Part shown: one piece after another, positions 12,562-21,721 of the stretch
How the letters are laid out: each line of letters starts with the position of its first letter
How positions within the stretch are numbered: the stretch's first letter is position 1
Sequence record: OR567511.1
DNA: 64,000 nucleotides
Source: Enterobacter phage vB_Ent31
Direction: 5' to 3' (one strand)
Program-made: the position numbers and the translations under genes
Notes under the pieces: generated by a model
Databases searched by the model: none
What the model was told of the DNA's origin: nothing
The model's input: only the letters and a program-made list of their open reading frames with translations

Positions 12562-14124
12562 ATGAAAAAGATTAATCCGTTAGTAGAAAAATGGACTCCG
12601 CTGCTTGAGAACGAAGCACTGCCTGAAATCGTTGGTGCTGGTAAAAAAGCTCTGATTGCAAAAATCATGGAAAACCAGGAATCAGCTATTAAAACTGAAC
12701 CTGCATTCCGTGATGAAAAAATCGCTGAAGCATTTGGTTCGTTCCTGACTGAAGCAGAAATTGGTGGTGACCACGGTTATGATGCTCAAAACATCGCTGC
12801 TGGCCAGACATCAGGCGCAGTAACTCAGATTGGACCAGCTGTTATGGGCATGGTACGTCGTGCAATTCCTAACCTGATTGCTTTCGACATCTGCGGTGTT
12901 CAGCCAATGAGTTCTCCAACCGGACAGGTATTCGCTCTGCGTGCTGTTTACGGTAAAGACCCTCTGGCCGCTGGTGCTAAAGAAGCATTCCACCCAATGT
13001 ACGCTCCAGATGCAATGTTCTCTGGTCAGGGTGCTGCTCAGAAATTCGCAGCTGTTAAAGCTTCCGATGTTCTGACTGTTGGTGCTATCGTAGTTCACGA
13101 TTTCGCTGATGTTGGTCGCGCTTACTTCCAGGTTGCTGAAGGTTTCACCGTAGACGCTGGTGCTACCGATGCTGAAAAACTGGATAAAGCAGTTAAAGCT
13201 GCTGAAGAAGCTGGTCAGCTGGTAGAAATCGCTGAAGGTATGGCTACCTCTGTTGCGGAACTGCAGGAGAACTTCAACGGTTCTACTGACAACCCATGGA
13301 ATGAAATGGGCTTCCGTATCGATAAGCAAGTTATCGAAGCTAAATCCCGTCAGCTGAAAGCTCAGTACTCTATTGAACTGGCTCAAGACTTACGTGCTGT
13401 TCACGGTATGGATGCAGATGCTGAACTGTCTGGTATTCTGGCTACCGAAATCATGCTGGAAATCAACCGCGAAGTTGTAGACTGGATTAACTACTCTGCG
13501 CAACTGGGTAAAACCGGTATGACTCAGACCGTTGGTTCTAAAGCTGGTGTATTTGACTTCCAGGACCCAGTAGATATTCGTGGCGCTCGTTGGGCAGGTG
13601 AAAGCTTCAAAGCTCTTCTGTTCCAAATCGATAAAGAAGCTGCTGAAATCGCACGTCAGACTGGTCGTGGTGCTGGTAACTTCATCATCGCTTCTCGTAA
13701 CGTAGTTAACGCTCTGGCAGCTGTTGACACTGGCGTTACTCCTGCTGCTCAGGGTCTGGGTCAAGGCTTCAACGCTGATACCACTAAGACTGTGTTCGCA
13801 GGTATTCTGGGCGGTCGTTATAAAGTATACATCGACCAGTACGCTCGTCAGGACTACTTCACCATTGGTTACAAAGGTGCTAACGAGATGGATGCTGGTA
13901 TCTACTACGCTCCATACGTTGCTCTGACTCCACTGCGTGGTTCCGACCCGAAAAACTTCCAGCCGGTCATGGGGTTCAAAACCCGTTACGGTATTGGTAT
14001 CAACCCGTTTGCTGATAGTGCATCACAGCAGCCGAATGCTCGCATTCAGTCTGGTATGCCTTCTATCGTCAACTCCGTTGGTAAGAACGCGTACTTCCGT
14101 CGCATCTGGGTTAAAGGTCTGTAA
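12562..14124 (+). CDS. 23: major capsid protein gp23
   Basis: 520 aa. High similarity to T4 gp23 (from memory). Codon usage typical of a highly expressed gene. Confidence 0.95.
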   Translation: MKKINPLVEKWTPLLENEALPEIVGAGKKALIAKIMENQESAIKTEPAFRDEKIAEAFGSFLTEAEIGGDHGYDAQNIAAGQTSGAVTQIGPAVMGMVRRAIPNLIAFDICGVQPMSSPTGQVFALRAVYGKDPLAAGAKEAFHPMYAPDAMFSGQGAAQKFAAVKASDVLTVGAIVVHDFADVGRAYFQVAEGFTVDAGATDAEKLDKAVKAAEEAGQLVEIAEGMATSVAELQENFNGSTDNPWNEMGFRIDKQVIEAKSRQLKAQYSIELAQDLRAVHGMDADAELSGILATEIMLEINREVVDWINYSAQLGKTGMTQTVGSKAGVFDFQDPVDIRGARWAGESFKALLFQIDKEAAEIARQTGRGAGNFIIASRNVVNALAAVDTGVTPAAQGLGQGFNADTTKTVFAGILGGRYKVYIDQYARQDYFTIGYKGANEMDAGIYYAPYVALTPLRGSDPKNFQPVMGFKTRYGIGINPFADSASQQPNARIQSGMPSIVNSVGKNAYFRRIWVKGL

Positions 14125-14132
14125 TCCAATTA

Positions 14133-14156
14133 AATGGGAGCCGCAAGGCTCCCATT
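14133..14156 (+). terminator. GGGAGCC-GCAA-GGCTCCC hairpin after gene 23
   Basis: 7-bp GC stem with a GCAA loop, followed by a T-tract. Confidence 0.5.
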
Positions 14157-14209
14157 GTTGTTTCTACGGATGATAAATAAAAGTATAATCCACTAGAGGA
14201 AAAGCGACG

Positions 14210-15493
14210 ATGGCTAACATCCATGACCTTCTGCGCGAATCAACTACAACGACGAGTTCAATTTCTGCCCGTCCTAGCCTCGTTGCATTGACTCGCGCTA
14301 CTACTAAATTAATTTACTCTGATATTGTAGCTACTCAGCGTACTACTCAACCTACTGCTGCTTTCTATGGTATCAAATATTTGAACCCTAACAAAGAATT
14401 AACGTTCCTTACTGGTGCTACCTACGCAGGTCAAACTGGTACTGAGGACCGTAAGTCTATTGAAACATTAACTGCTTCAAATAAAGATTCATTTGGCAAG
14501 GGCGATTTATTCAAATACAATGACATTGTTTACAAAGTACTTGTAGATAATCCATTTGACCAGATTACTGAAACTGATTTAGAAGTTGTAATTCAGATTT
14601 CTCTGGTTAAACTCACTACTCGTTTAATGTCTGATGCTGCTATCACTTCCAAGTTTGAAACTGCTGGAGCTGATATCGCTGAAGCTAAATTCCAAATTGA
14701 TAAATGGCAGACTCAGGTTAAATCTCGTAAACTTAAAACAAGTTTGACTGTTGAATTGGCCCAGGACCTTGAAGCTAACGGCTTTGATGCTTCTAATTTT
14801 ATCGATGATTTACTGGCTACTGAAATGGCCGATGAAATTAACAAAGACATTTTACAAAGTCTTGTGACAGTTTCAAAACGATATAAAGTTGAAGGTATCA
14901 CAGATACTGGATTCATCGATTTATCTTATGCATCTGCCCCAGAAGCTGGTCGTTCTCTGTATCGCATGGTATGCGAAATGGTTTCTCATATTCAGCGCTC
15001 AACATCCTTTACAGCAACATTCGCTGTAGCATCTACTCGTGCTGCTGCTGTTCTTGCTGCATCAGGTTGGTTGAAACATCAAGCTGGAGATGATGAATAT
15101 CTATCAGAGAATGCTTATGGTTTCCTGGCAAACGGTTTGCCTCTGTATTGCGATACTAACACTCCACTTGATTATGTAATTGTTGGTGTAGTAGAAGATA
15201 TTGGTGATAAAGAAGTTGTATCGAGTATTTTCTATGCTCCATACACTGAAGGTATCGACCTTGATGACCCGGAACATGTTGGTGCATTTAAAGTAATTGT
15301 TGACCCAGAAAGCTTACAGCCTTCTGTAGCTTTACTCGTTCGTTATGCACTGTCTGCTAACCCGTATACTGTAGCTAAAGATGAAAAGGAAGCTCGAATC
15401 ATTGATGGCGGGGATATGGATAAGATGGCAGGACGTTCTGATTTATCAGTTCTTCTTGGTGTTAAGTTACCAAAAATCATCATTGAAGACTAA
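14210..15493 (+). CDS. 24: head vertex protein gp24
   Basis: 427 aa. A gp23 paralogue, with shared motifs such as LTVELAQDL. GAGGAAAA RBS. Confidence 0.9.
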   Translation: MANIHDLLRESTTTTSSISARPSLVALTRATTKLIYSDIVATQRTTQPTAAFYGIKYLNPNKELTFLTGATYAGQTGTEDRKSIETLTASNKDSFGKGDLFKYNDIVYKVLVDNPFDQITETDLEVVIQISLVKLTTRLMSDAAITSKFETAGADIAEAKFQIDKWQTQVKSRKLKTSLTVELAQDLEANGFDASNFIDDLLATEMADEINKDILQSLVTVSKRYKVEGITDTGFIDLSYASAPEAGRSLYRMVCEMVSHIQRSTSFTATFAVASTRAAAVLAASGWLKHQAGDDEYLSENAYGFLANGLPLYCDTNTPLDYVIVGVVEDIGDKEVVSSIFYAPYTEGIDLDDPEHVGAFKVIVDPESLQPSVALLVRYALSANPYTVAKDEKEARIIDGGDMDKMAGRSDLSVLLGVKLPKIIIED

Positions 15494-15496
15494 AAG

Positions 15497-15520
15497 AAAG
15501 GGAACCGTGAGGTTCCCTTT
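15497..15520. terminator. bidirectional hairpin GGGAACCGTGAGGTTCCC between convergent genes 24 and the SLOG-like gene
   Basis: 7-bp stem flanked by an A-tract and a T-tract. Confidence 0.5.
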
Positions 15521-15525
15521 TGTAG

Positions 15526-16071
15526 TTATAAAGCAAATATATCGAATGTTGGCGCGTACTTGTCTTTGAATCTCTGATAGATTTCCTTTTCATACAGATT
15601 GTAGCAAGGTATCCCATGACGCTTAGCTATATCAACGGCCACTCGTGTCCCTCCAGTAACGCTAGAGAGTTTTATTGGAGCATAGAATAGTACCATATCT
15701 ACGGGTGACTGGCAGTCCTCTCCGAGCACCTGGAGTGCATTGCGGGCAAATAAAGTCTTCACTATATCCCGGCACTCATCCCAGTAACTTGTCACTTCTC
15801 TTGCTTTAATTACACTCCTGATTCTCACTTCATTTGGAAAATCTTTCCACACCTTTACTCCAACTCCGGTTTTAAGACCATTGAAGCCTTCGTATGGTAT
15901 GATACGTAATGAACGTTCACGGTCGTATCTACTGAGCCATGATTCATCTGCACCAGGAGCACCTCCCGAATACGAAAAATGGCCTGACTCCGAAAGAGCC
16001 TGACCAGTTAATGACATGACATCTAAAACACGACGTGGCGTCTCTCGAGAACCGATTAACGCCAAACGCAT
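15526..16071 (-). CDS. DprA/Smf-like (SLOG superfamily) Rossmann-fold protein
   Basis: 181 aa. IGSRETP...SGGAPGADESW matches the DprA/Smf Rossmann signature (GSR...SGxAxGxD). The start ATG overlaps the rnlB stop. Confidence 0.5.
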   Translation of the reverse strand: MRLALIGSRETPRRVLDVMSLTGQALSESGHFSYSGGAPGADESWLSRYDRERSLRIIPYEGFNGLKTGVGVKVWKDFPNEVRIRSVIKAREVTSYWDECRDIVKTLFARNALQVLGEDCQSPVDMVLFYAPIKLSSVTGGTRVAVDIAKRHGIPCYNLYEKEIYQRFKDKYAPTFDIFAL

Positions 16072-17075
16072 TAGTTACTTACCAGTTCAATCCAAACCGG
16101 ACGAATTACGCCTTGCACGTAATTGACAAGCTCTTTCTTGACTACATCAGGATTATCAGCGTCAGTAATGAAGATTTCTTCACGACCAGCTTCTTCCAGA
16201 ATGTCCTGGACAGTAAGACCCATAACTTTGCCAAAGTCTTTTGGACCAACTTGACCAATCTTACTGATAACGTTATTGACTCGGTTCAGAGTAGCATAAG
16301 CTGCCAGGGTGGAGAAAGCTACCTTATCAATATCAGTCAGTTCAACCTTAGCTTTAATAGGCTTATCGGATTTAGCTTTCTCAGAGAACTTGGAGTTCTT
16401 GCATTTGATAGCTACACGAGAACCATTAGGGAAGAATTTAGGATAGCACGGTTTCAGAACGTAGCCTTCAGCGATGTTGCTTTCTGAAACAACCGCCTGG
16501 AATGGCATAGTATTAGCTTCTTCAAGACCGTGAGCTTCAATAGCTTGATTATAGCGATTAACTACAACATCCAGCATATTAGGAATTTGAATCAAGTCAT
16601 CGAATTTACCACGACCCAGCAGTGGAGCCATTTTAAACCCAAAGACATTACACATGCGTTCCATCATGAAATCGTCAACATAAGACGATTCACCGGATTC
16701 GGTAGTCACTTTAATATCAAAGACATAGAAGTCTTTTTCACCGTAATCAACACCTTTCTGAATTCCGCCACCAGCAAATTCACCAAAGATTTGATAAGCT
16801 ACAGTAGCACCAGTCAGTGCAGCTTGAACAGCTTTAAATGACTCGTTATAGCGACCCATAATAACCATATAGCCAAAGAAGTCTTCCGCTGGCAGAATAG
16901 GGCCAGTACGCTTAGCAGGCTGAATGTTATCTTTAGTTACGATAACAGAGAAGTTAGTGCCGTGAATTTTCTCACGCGCCACCCAAGTTTCAGAGACATC
17001 AAAACCAGCATTACGAATACGCTCAATGAATTTACCGTTGTAGTGGTTCTCGAGCGTTGAATATTTCTCAAACAT
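16071..17075 (-). CDS. rnlB: RNA ligase 2 (RnlB)
   Basis: 334 aa. Nucleotidyltransferase motif I KIHGTN. Extensive identity to T4 Rnl2 (from memory). Confidence 0.9.
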   Translation of the reverse strand: MFEKYSTLENHYNGKFIERIRNAGFDVSETWVAREKIHGTNFSVIVTKDNIQPAKRTGPILPAEDFFGYMVIMGRYNESFKAVQAALTGATVAYQIFGEFAGGGIQKGVDYGEKDFYVFDIKVTTESGESSYVDDFMMERMCNVFGFKMAPLLGRGKFDDLIQIPNMLDVVVNRYNQAIEAHGLEEANTMPFQAVVSESNIAEGYVLKPCYPKFFPNGSRVAIKCKNSKFSEKAKSDKPIKAKVELTDIDKVAFSTLAAYATLNRVNNVISKIGQVGPKDFGKVMGLTVQDILEEAGREEIFITDADNPDVVKKELVNYVQGVIRPVWIELVSN

Positions 17076-17083
17076 ATTTCACC

Positions 17084-17341
17084 TTAGAATTTAATTTTGA
17101 AAGACTGACCTTGATAGTCAGCATTGAACTCATATGAGAAGCCATTTTTAGAAAAGAATACTTTCATAGCTTCTACATTATTGCTCCATTTTTCTGGAAC
17201 AATATAAAACGTTTCAAACTTACCACGTTGTGCTGCGTTCCGCAGGTTATCTTTAATATGAGCTTTAATATCTTCTGGTAGTTCATCACGCACACCCTGC
17301 GCCAATGCTCTGTATTCTTGAGCTAGACTCATTATAATCAC
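17084..17341 (-). CDS. hypothetical protein (85 aa)
   Basis: ORF with an RBS, in the operon upstream of rnlB. Confidence 0.45.
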   Translation of the reverse strand: MIIMSLAQEYRALAQGVRDELPEDIKAHIKDNLRNAAQRGKFETFYIVPEKWSNNVEAMKVFFSKNGFSYEFNADYQGQSFKIKF

Positions 17342-17446
17342 CGTATAAATATCAATAATTAGGGAGGGTTCTATCCTTCTATGGTCAAGCGTATGTACTA
17401 GAAAGAATCCGTGAAACCATTATACCACGCGGATTCTTTAAGCATA

Positions 17447-17800
17447 TTATAGAGGGATTACCTTATACTTCTTATTGCCACGAGCATCACGCTTACAAAC
17501 TAATCTGCACTTCATGCCGCTTGCGATTGTGTAATCTTCATCAACCTTCATCCGCATCCAGTCTAATATCATTCCAAATGGGTTCAAAGATTTTTCAACT
17601 TCAACCATAATCTTCGTTCCAGATTTATAGAACTTCGATTCTTGTTGTACATGGTCAGCCAATGCACAAGCAAATGCAGATGGACTCAGGAATTTGTTGT
17701 AACCATGAGCTGCAGCTACAAATGTGTTATCTAACGCATGCTGAATGTTTTTGATAACTACCTTAGAATATCCAAGGTGTTTTTCAGGATACTTATTCAT
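17447..17800 (-). CDS. hypothetical protein (117 aa)
   Basis: ORF that overlaps the upstream gene by 8 nt. A hairpin follows at 17400-17440. Confidence 0.45.
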   Translation of the reverse strand: MNKYPEKHLGYSKVVIKNIQHALDNTFVAAAHGYNKFLSPSAFACALADHVQQESKFYKSGTKIMVEVEKSLNPFGMILDWMRMKVDEDYTIASGMKCRLVCKRDARGNKKYKVIPL

Positions 17801-18026
17801 TAAATCCCCTCATATGTTTTACGAGTTGTTGATGACGAGATTCTACATCAGTATTAGATAAGCGTTTACGATAGACGATGATTTCTCTTCGTTTAGCGCG
17901 AGCTCGAGCGGCTTCGACTTTTGCGTAATACAGCGCAGCTTCTTCTGGCTTAATGCCAGCTTCTCGAGCGATTTCAATAAAGCTCATGCCGTTTTCATGC
18001 TTAAAATGAATCTCAATCGGTGTCAT
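17793..18026 (-). CDS. small basic HTH-like DNA-binding protein (77 aa)
   Basis: MSFIEIAREAGIKPEEAA resembles a helix-turn-helix. Basic C-terminus. Confidence 0.4.
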   Translation of the reverse strand: MTPIEIHFKHENGMSFIEIAREAGIKPEEAALYYAKVEAARARAKRREIIVYRKRLSNTDVESRHQQLVKHMRGFNE

Positions 18027-18079
18027 TACTTTATCCTACAGTGAAAGTTGTTGGTATAATACCATTCTCTAGAAAAAGC

Positions 18080-18105
18080 AAAAGGAGCCCGAAGGCTCCT
18101 TTTAA
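18080..18105 (-). terminator. GGAGCCCGAAGGCTCC hairpin
   Basis: 7-bp stem flanked by A-tracts and T-tracts. Confidence 0.45.
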
Positions 18106-18659
18106 TAGATGATACCAGCATCAAGTGCTGTTCTGTGGACGATTCGTCCATTTCGTGATTCTTGCACATCAACTTCAGGATAGTCTGCTATCATTTTAGC
18201 TAATGTAGCTAAGTGGCAGTAATATGGAGTATCTGATGCAGTTGCTGTCTTCCAGTCTTTACCTTCTTGAGTCAGCTTCTGAATAGCATCCATTACCCAC
18301 CAACCCGCCCAGATATAAGCAGATGAACGCCATGGAAGTGGATGGACATAAAGAATAGGGCATTCAGCTGGAATTTCTGGTTCAGCCGCATTAACAGTCA
18401 AATTGGTAGTAGCAGTTTGAACATCATCTGGTTGAGCATCAACTTTAGTCGTAGACGTAACTTTAACAACTTTAGTTCCTGCTGTAGCTGCTGTGTAATC
18501 TAAAGTGTTTGTAACTGAAGATTGAACTACATCATCAATCATCCATTCGTAAGTTACAGTTGAACCTTCAGGTGCTCCCGTCAAAGTAGCAGTGAACTGC
18601 TGGGAATCTCCAATCTTGATAGTGGGATTTAGTGGCGCTAAAGTAATTGAGGTAGCCAT
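18102..18659 (-). CDS. Hoc-like outer capsid protein with one Ig-like (Big_2-type) domain and a C-terminal module
   Basis: 185 aa. N-terminal Thr/Val-rich beta-sandwich-like sequence (TATLTGAPEGSTVTYEW...). Position corresponds to hoc in T4. Confidence 0.45.
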   Translation of the reverse strand: MATSITLAPLNPTIKIGDSQQFTATLTGAPEGSTVTYEWMIDDVVQSSVTNTLDYTAATAGTKVVKVTSTTKVDAQPDDVQTATTNLTVNAAEPEIPAECPILYVHPLPWRSSAYIWAGWWVMDAIQKLTQEGKDWKTATASDTPYYCHLATLAKMIADYPEVDVQESRNGRIVHRTALDAGIIY

Positions 18660-18692
18660 ATATTTTCCAAAGTTAAAGAGGGACTAGCCCTC

Positions 18693-19448
18693 TTATGAAA
18701 GTGTAGCAAATGAGGAGTTTCGAGTTTCTCTTACTTGAACTGAACCATTACGTTTGATGTAATAAATCAAGCTCAAAAGAGTTTGATGAGCAGTAGGATG
18801 CTCAAATGACAGTGGTCGAGATTTCCAATCTGGATTTTCAAGAATCCACTGATAAATCCACCAAGGAAGAGTAGCATAGCCTGGATTACGCCCAATTAAA
18901 TGCAGAGATGGACTGAAATCAGTCGGAAGCTCGAATGTGTCAGTTTCAATAACTTTGACAACTTTATCCATAGCTTCATTAAATTCATCTTGGGCCATAT
19001 TCCTTACTGGAATTTTATGAACTTCACCGTCATCTGAAACTATAATCACAGAATCGCCGATTGGGGCTTCAAGAATAACGCCTTTAGCAGGGTCCATTGG
19101 CTTACCAAAATGAGGGTCGATATCAGTTACTTTCACTTGTGGCGTATCTGCCGATACAGAATCAATCAACAGACGAGCTTCTTCTTTAGCTTCATCTTTA
19201 AAAATAGCAGTGCCTTTGGCCTCGTCGTCAGCTTGAATAAGGTCATAGATTGAAAGACCGTCATTCTGCTCTGGCATGGGTTCATTAGCAAGTTTAGCCA
19301 ATTCGACTTCAAGGTCAGCGACCATATTGTCAAAGGCTTTAGTTTTCTTCAGCTTGATGCCGAAGGTTTCAGCGTACTCGGCAAGCTTTTCTTTGGCTTC
19401 TTTTTTCTCAAGTGCACCGATTTCAGCAATATAATCTTTATCTAACAT
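18693..19448 (-). CDS. hypothetical acidic protein sharing a C-terminal module with the Hoc-like protein (possibly inh-region gene)
   Basis: Start is reassigned to the ATG at 19448 (MLDKDY...) with GAGG upstream. C-terminal ...LPWW...DWK...H.TLL...RNG aligns with the Hoc-like C-terminus. Confidence 0.5.
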   Translation of the reverse strand: MLDKDYIAEIGALEKKEAKEKLAEYAETFGIKLKKTKAFDNMVADLEVELAKLANEPMPEQNDGLSIYDLIQADDEAKGTAIFKDEAKEEARLLIDSVSADTPQVKVTDIDPHFGKPMDPAKGVILEAPIGDSVIIVSDDGEVHKIPVRNMAQDEFNEAMDKVVKVIETDTFELPTDFSPSLHLIGRNPGYATLPWWIYQWILENPDWKSRPLSFEHPTAHQTLLSLIYYIKRNGSVQVRETRNSSFATLS

Positions 19449-19461
19449 AGTAGCCTCGTTG

Positions 19462-19469
19462 TGTATAAA
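19462..19469 (+). promoter_or_regulatory. late promoter motif TATAAATA upstream of uvsW
   Basis: Exact motif 32 nt upstream of the ATG at 19501. Confidence 0.45.
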
Positions 19470-19500
19470 TATAAATGTATTTATAACTAAGGAATCGGCA

Positions 19501-21003
19501 ATGCACGATATCAATGTAAAATTTCATGATTTTAGTCATGTGTTTATTGAGTGTGATGAATCCACATTCCATGAACTAAGAGACTATTTTAGTTTTGAAG
19601 CTGATGGCTACAAATTCAATCCAAAGTATCGTTATGGACATTGGGATGGACGTATTCGCCTTCTGAACTATGACCGTCTGTTACCGTTCGGCCTCGTCGG
19701 ACAAATCCGTAAATTCGCAAACAACATGGGTTATTCAGTTTACTTCGAACCGAAGATTTTTGAGACTGAAGAAATTACTCGTAAAGATTTTGATGACTGG
19801 CTTGGTAATCTCAACATTTACTCTGGGAGTAAAAAGATTGAGCCTCACTGGTATCAGAAAGATGCTGTGTTTGAAGGGTTAGTGAATCGTCGTCGAATTC
19901 TAAACCTCCCAACATCTGCTGGTAAATCTTTAATCCAATGCTTGCTTGCGCGTTATTATGTTGAGAACTACGAAGGTAAAATTTTAATCATCGTTCCAAC
20001 GACAGCATTAGTTGACCAGATGATTAATGACTTCTGTGATTATCGTCTGTTTGGCAAACAACATTGTCTTGGTATTCGGTCAGGTACAAAGCGCGATTCA
20101 GATGCGATGATTTATGTTGCTACCTGGCAGACAGCTGTTAAACAGCCAAAAGAATGGTTTCATCAATTCGGCATGATGATGAATGACGAATGTCATCTGG
20201 CTACTGGCAAATCTATTTCAACTATCGTTGCTGGTTTAAATAATTGCATGTTTAAGTTCGGCTTGTCTGGTTCATTAAAAGACGGCAAAGCTAACGTGAT
20301 GCAGTATGTTGGAATGTTCGGTGAAATTTTCCGTCCAGTTTCAACATCTCAGCTTATGGAAGATGGTCAAGTAACTGACTTAAAAATTAACTCAATCTTC
20401 CTTCGTTACCCAGACGAATTCACCACTAAGATGAAAGGTAAAACTTACCAAGAAGAAATCAAGGTAATTACCAGTGCAAAACGTCGTAACAAATGGGTAG
20501 CTAATTTAGCTGTTAAACTGGCCAAAAGAAATGAAAACGCGTTCTTGATGTTCAAACATGTTGCTCATGGTAAAGAGCTGTTTGAAATGATTAAAGAACT
20601 TGGACATGAGAAGGTGTATTACGTTTCAGGCGAAGTATCAACTGAAGTTCGTAACGCATTGAAAGCGATGGCTGAAAGTGGTACGGGGATTATTGTAGTT
20701 GCATCTTACGGTGTATTCTCTACTGGTATTTCCGTTAAGAATCTTCACCATGTTATTTTAGCTCATCCAGTTAAGTCTAAAATTATCGTTCTGCAGACTA
20801 TCGGTCGTGTACTTCGTAAGCATGATTCTAAATCAATTGCTACAGTATGGGATATCATCGATGATATGGGTGTTAAACCAAAATCAGCAAATGCTAAGAA
20901 GAAATACGTTCATTTGAACTATGCTTTAAAGCACGCGCTGGAGCGCATTCAGAGATATGCAGACGAAAAATTCAATTACGTAATGAAACAAATCGATATT
21001 TGA
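19501..21003 (+). CDS. uvsW: UvsW SF2 DNA helicase
   Basis: Start ATG at 19501 (MHDINVKFHDFSHVFIECDESTFHELRDYF) with a TAAGGAA RBS. Helicase motifs LPTSAGKS and DECH. Strong identity to T4 UvsW (from memory). Confidence 0.95.
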   Translation: MHDINVKFHDFSHVFIECDESTFHELRDYFSFEADGYKFNPKYRYGHWDGRIRLLNYDRLLPFGLVGQIRKFANNMGYSVYFEPKIFETEEITRKDFDDWLGNLNIYSGSKKIEPHWYQKDAVFEGLVNRRRILNLPTSAGKSLIQCLLARYYVENYEGKILIIVPTTALVDQMINDFCDYRLFGKQHCLGIRSGTKRDSDAMIYVATWQTAVKQPKEWFHQFGMMMNDECHLATGKSISTIVAGLNNCMFKFGLSGSLKDGKANVMQYVGMFGEIFRPVSTSQLMEDGQVTDLKINSIFLRYPDEFTTKMKGKTYQEEIKVITSAKRRNKWVANLAVKLAKRNENAFLMFKHVAHGKELFEMIKELGHEKVYYVSGEVSTEVRNALKAMAESGTGIIVVASYGVFSTGISVKNLHHVILAHPVKSKIIVLQTIGRVLRKHDSKSIATVWDIIDDMGVKPKSANAKKKYVHLNYALKHALERIQRYADEKFNYVMKQIDI

Positions 21004-21010
21004 GGAAGCT

Positions 21011-21250
21011 ATGAGCAATCTTAAAACTTTTGAACAAATCATTTACGAGGCATCGATTGATAACTTCATGAGCAAAATTAATTCTTGTCAGACTTTAGAT
21101 GGTTTGAAAGAGCTTGAGAATTATTATGAGAAGCGCTCAAAGGAAGCTGAGCTGGCTGATTCTGATGACATCAGTGTACGTGATGCTTTGGCGGGGCGTC
21201 GAGCTGAACTCGAAGCTGCAGATGATTCTGAGTCGGAAGAAGACTTCTAA
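21011..21250 (+). CDS. uvsW.1: UvsW.1 small acidic protein
   Basis: 79 aa, immediately downstream of uvsW. A hairpin follows. Confidence 0.65.
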   Translation: MSNLKTFEQIIYEASIDNFMSKINSCQTLDGLKELENYYEKRSKEAELADSDDISVRDALAGRRAELEAADDSESEEDF

Positions 21251-21256
21251 TAAAAA

Positions 21257-21275
21257 GGCCCCTCTTTCGAGGGGC
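21257..21275. terminator. GGCCCCTC-TTTC-GAGGGGC hairpin (bidirectional)
   Basis: 7-bp GC stem between convergent genes. Confidence 0.5.
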
Positions 21276-21302
21276 AAACCACAAGTGGCATAAAACACTA
21301 GG

Positions 21303-21470
21303 CTACATTAAAAGTTGCGTTTCGGTTAATTGCTCTTCTGCGCTTTCGCTTACCGGCAATTCAATCGCATAATTATAGCAGGCTCCCGGATGAACCGGAC
21401 CTTTATCTGTCTCAACAACCAATGCCGAATCAATCGGTTGCTTACAGACAGCACAAATCTTTTCAGACAT
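21303..21470 (-). CDS. small Cys-containing protein (55 aa), uvsY.-2-like position; below the ORF-track size cutoff
   Basis: Manual translation gives MSEKICAVCKQPIDSALVVETDKGPVHPGACYNYAIELPVSESAEEQLTETQLLM. Strong RBS GAGGAGA 5 nt upstream. Confidence 0.5.
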   Translation of the reverse strand: MSEKICAVCKQPIDSALVVETDKGPVHPGACYNYAIELPVSESAEEQLTETQLLM

Positions 21471-21493
21471 GATTGTCTCCTCTAGTTACAATT

Positions 21494-21721
21494 CTATTTA
21501 TAAGCTTGTTTATAAACTTCCATATTGCCACCAATTTGTCTCATATGCATGTCAATTCCCATATTTTCTTCATAGAAATAGACATCTAAGTAACCAGCGA
21601 ACTTTCCTTTGATATAAAGTACATCTTCACCGACTGGATGGTCTGGGATGATGCGAATATCATCCCTTCTAACACGTCGTGACTTCATCAAAAACTGTAT
21701 TTCAGTTTCAAACTCATCCAT
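21494..21721 (-). CDS. hypothetical protein (75 aa), uvsY.-1 position
   Basis: ATGA overlap with uvsY. Confidence 0.55.
   Translation of the reverse strand: MDEFETEIQFLMKSRRVRRDDIRIIPDHPVGEDVLYIKGKFAGYLDVYFYEENMGIDMHMRQIGGNMEVYKQAYK

Noticed and set aside
12811-13764. 191-aa and 124-aa minus-strand ORFs
   Set aside because: They lie entirely inside, and antisense to, the major capsid gene 23. No RBS. Compositional artefact.
17350-17357. TATAAATA on the plus strand inside a minus-strand gene cluster
   Set aside because: About 10 chance occurrences of this 8-mer are expected in 64 kb of AT-rich DNA. No plus-strand gene follows it.
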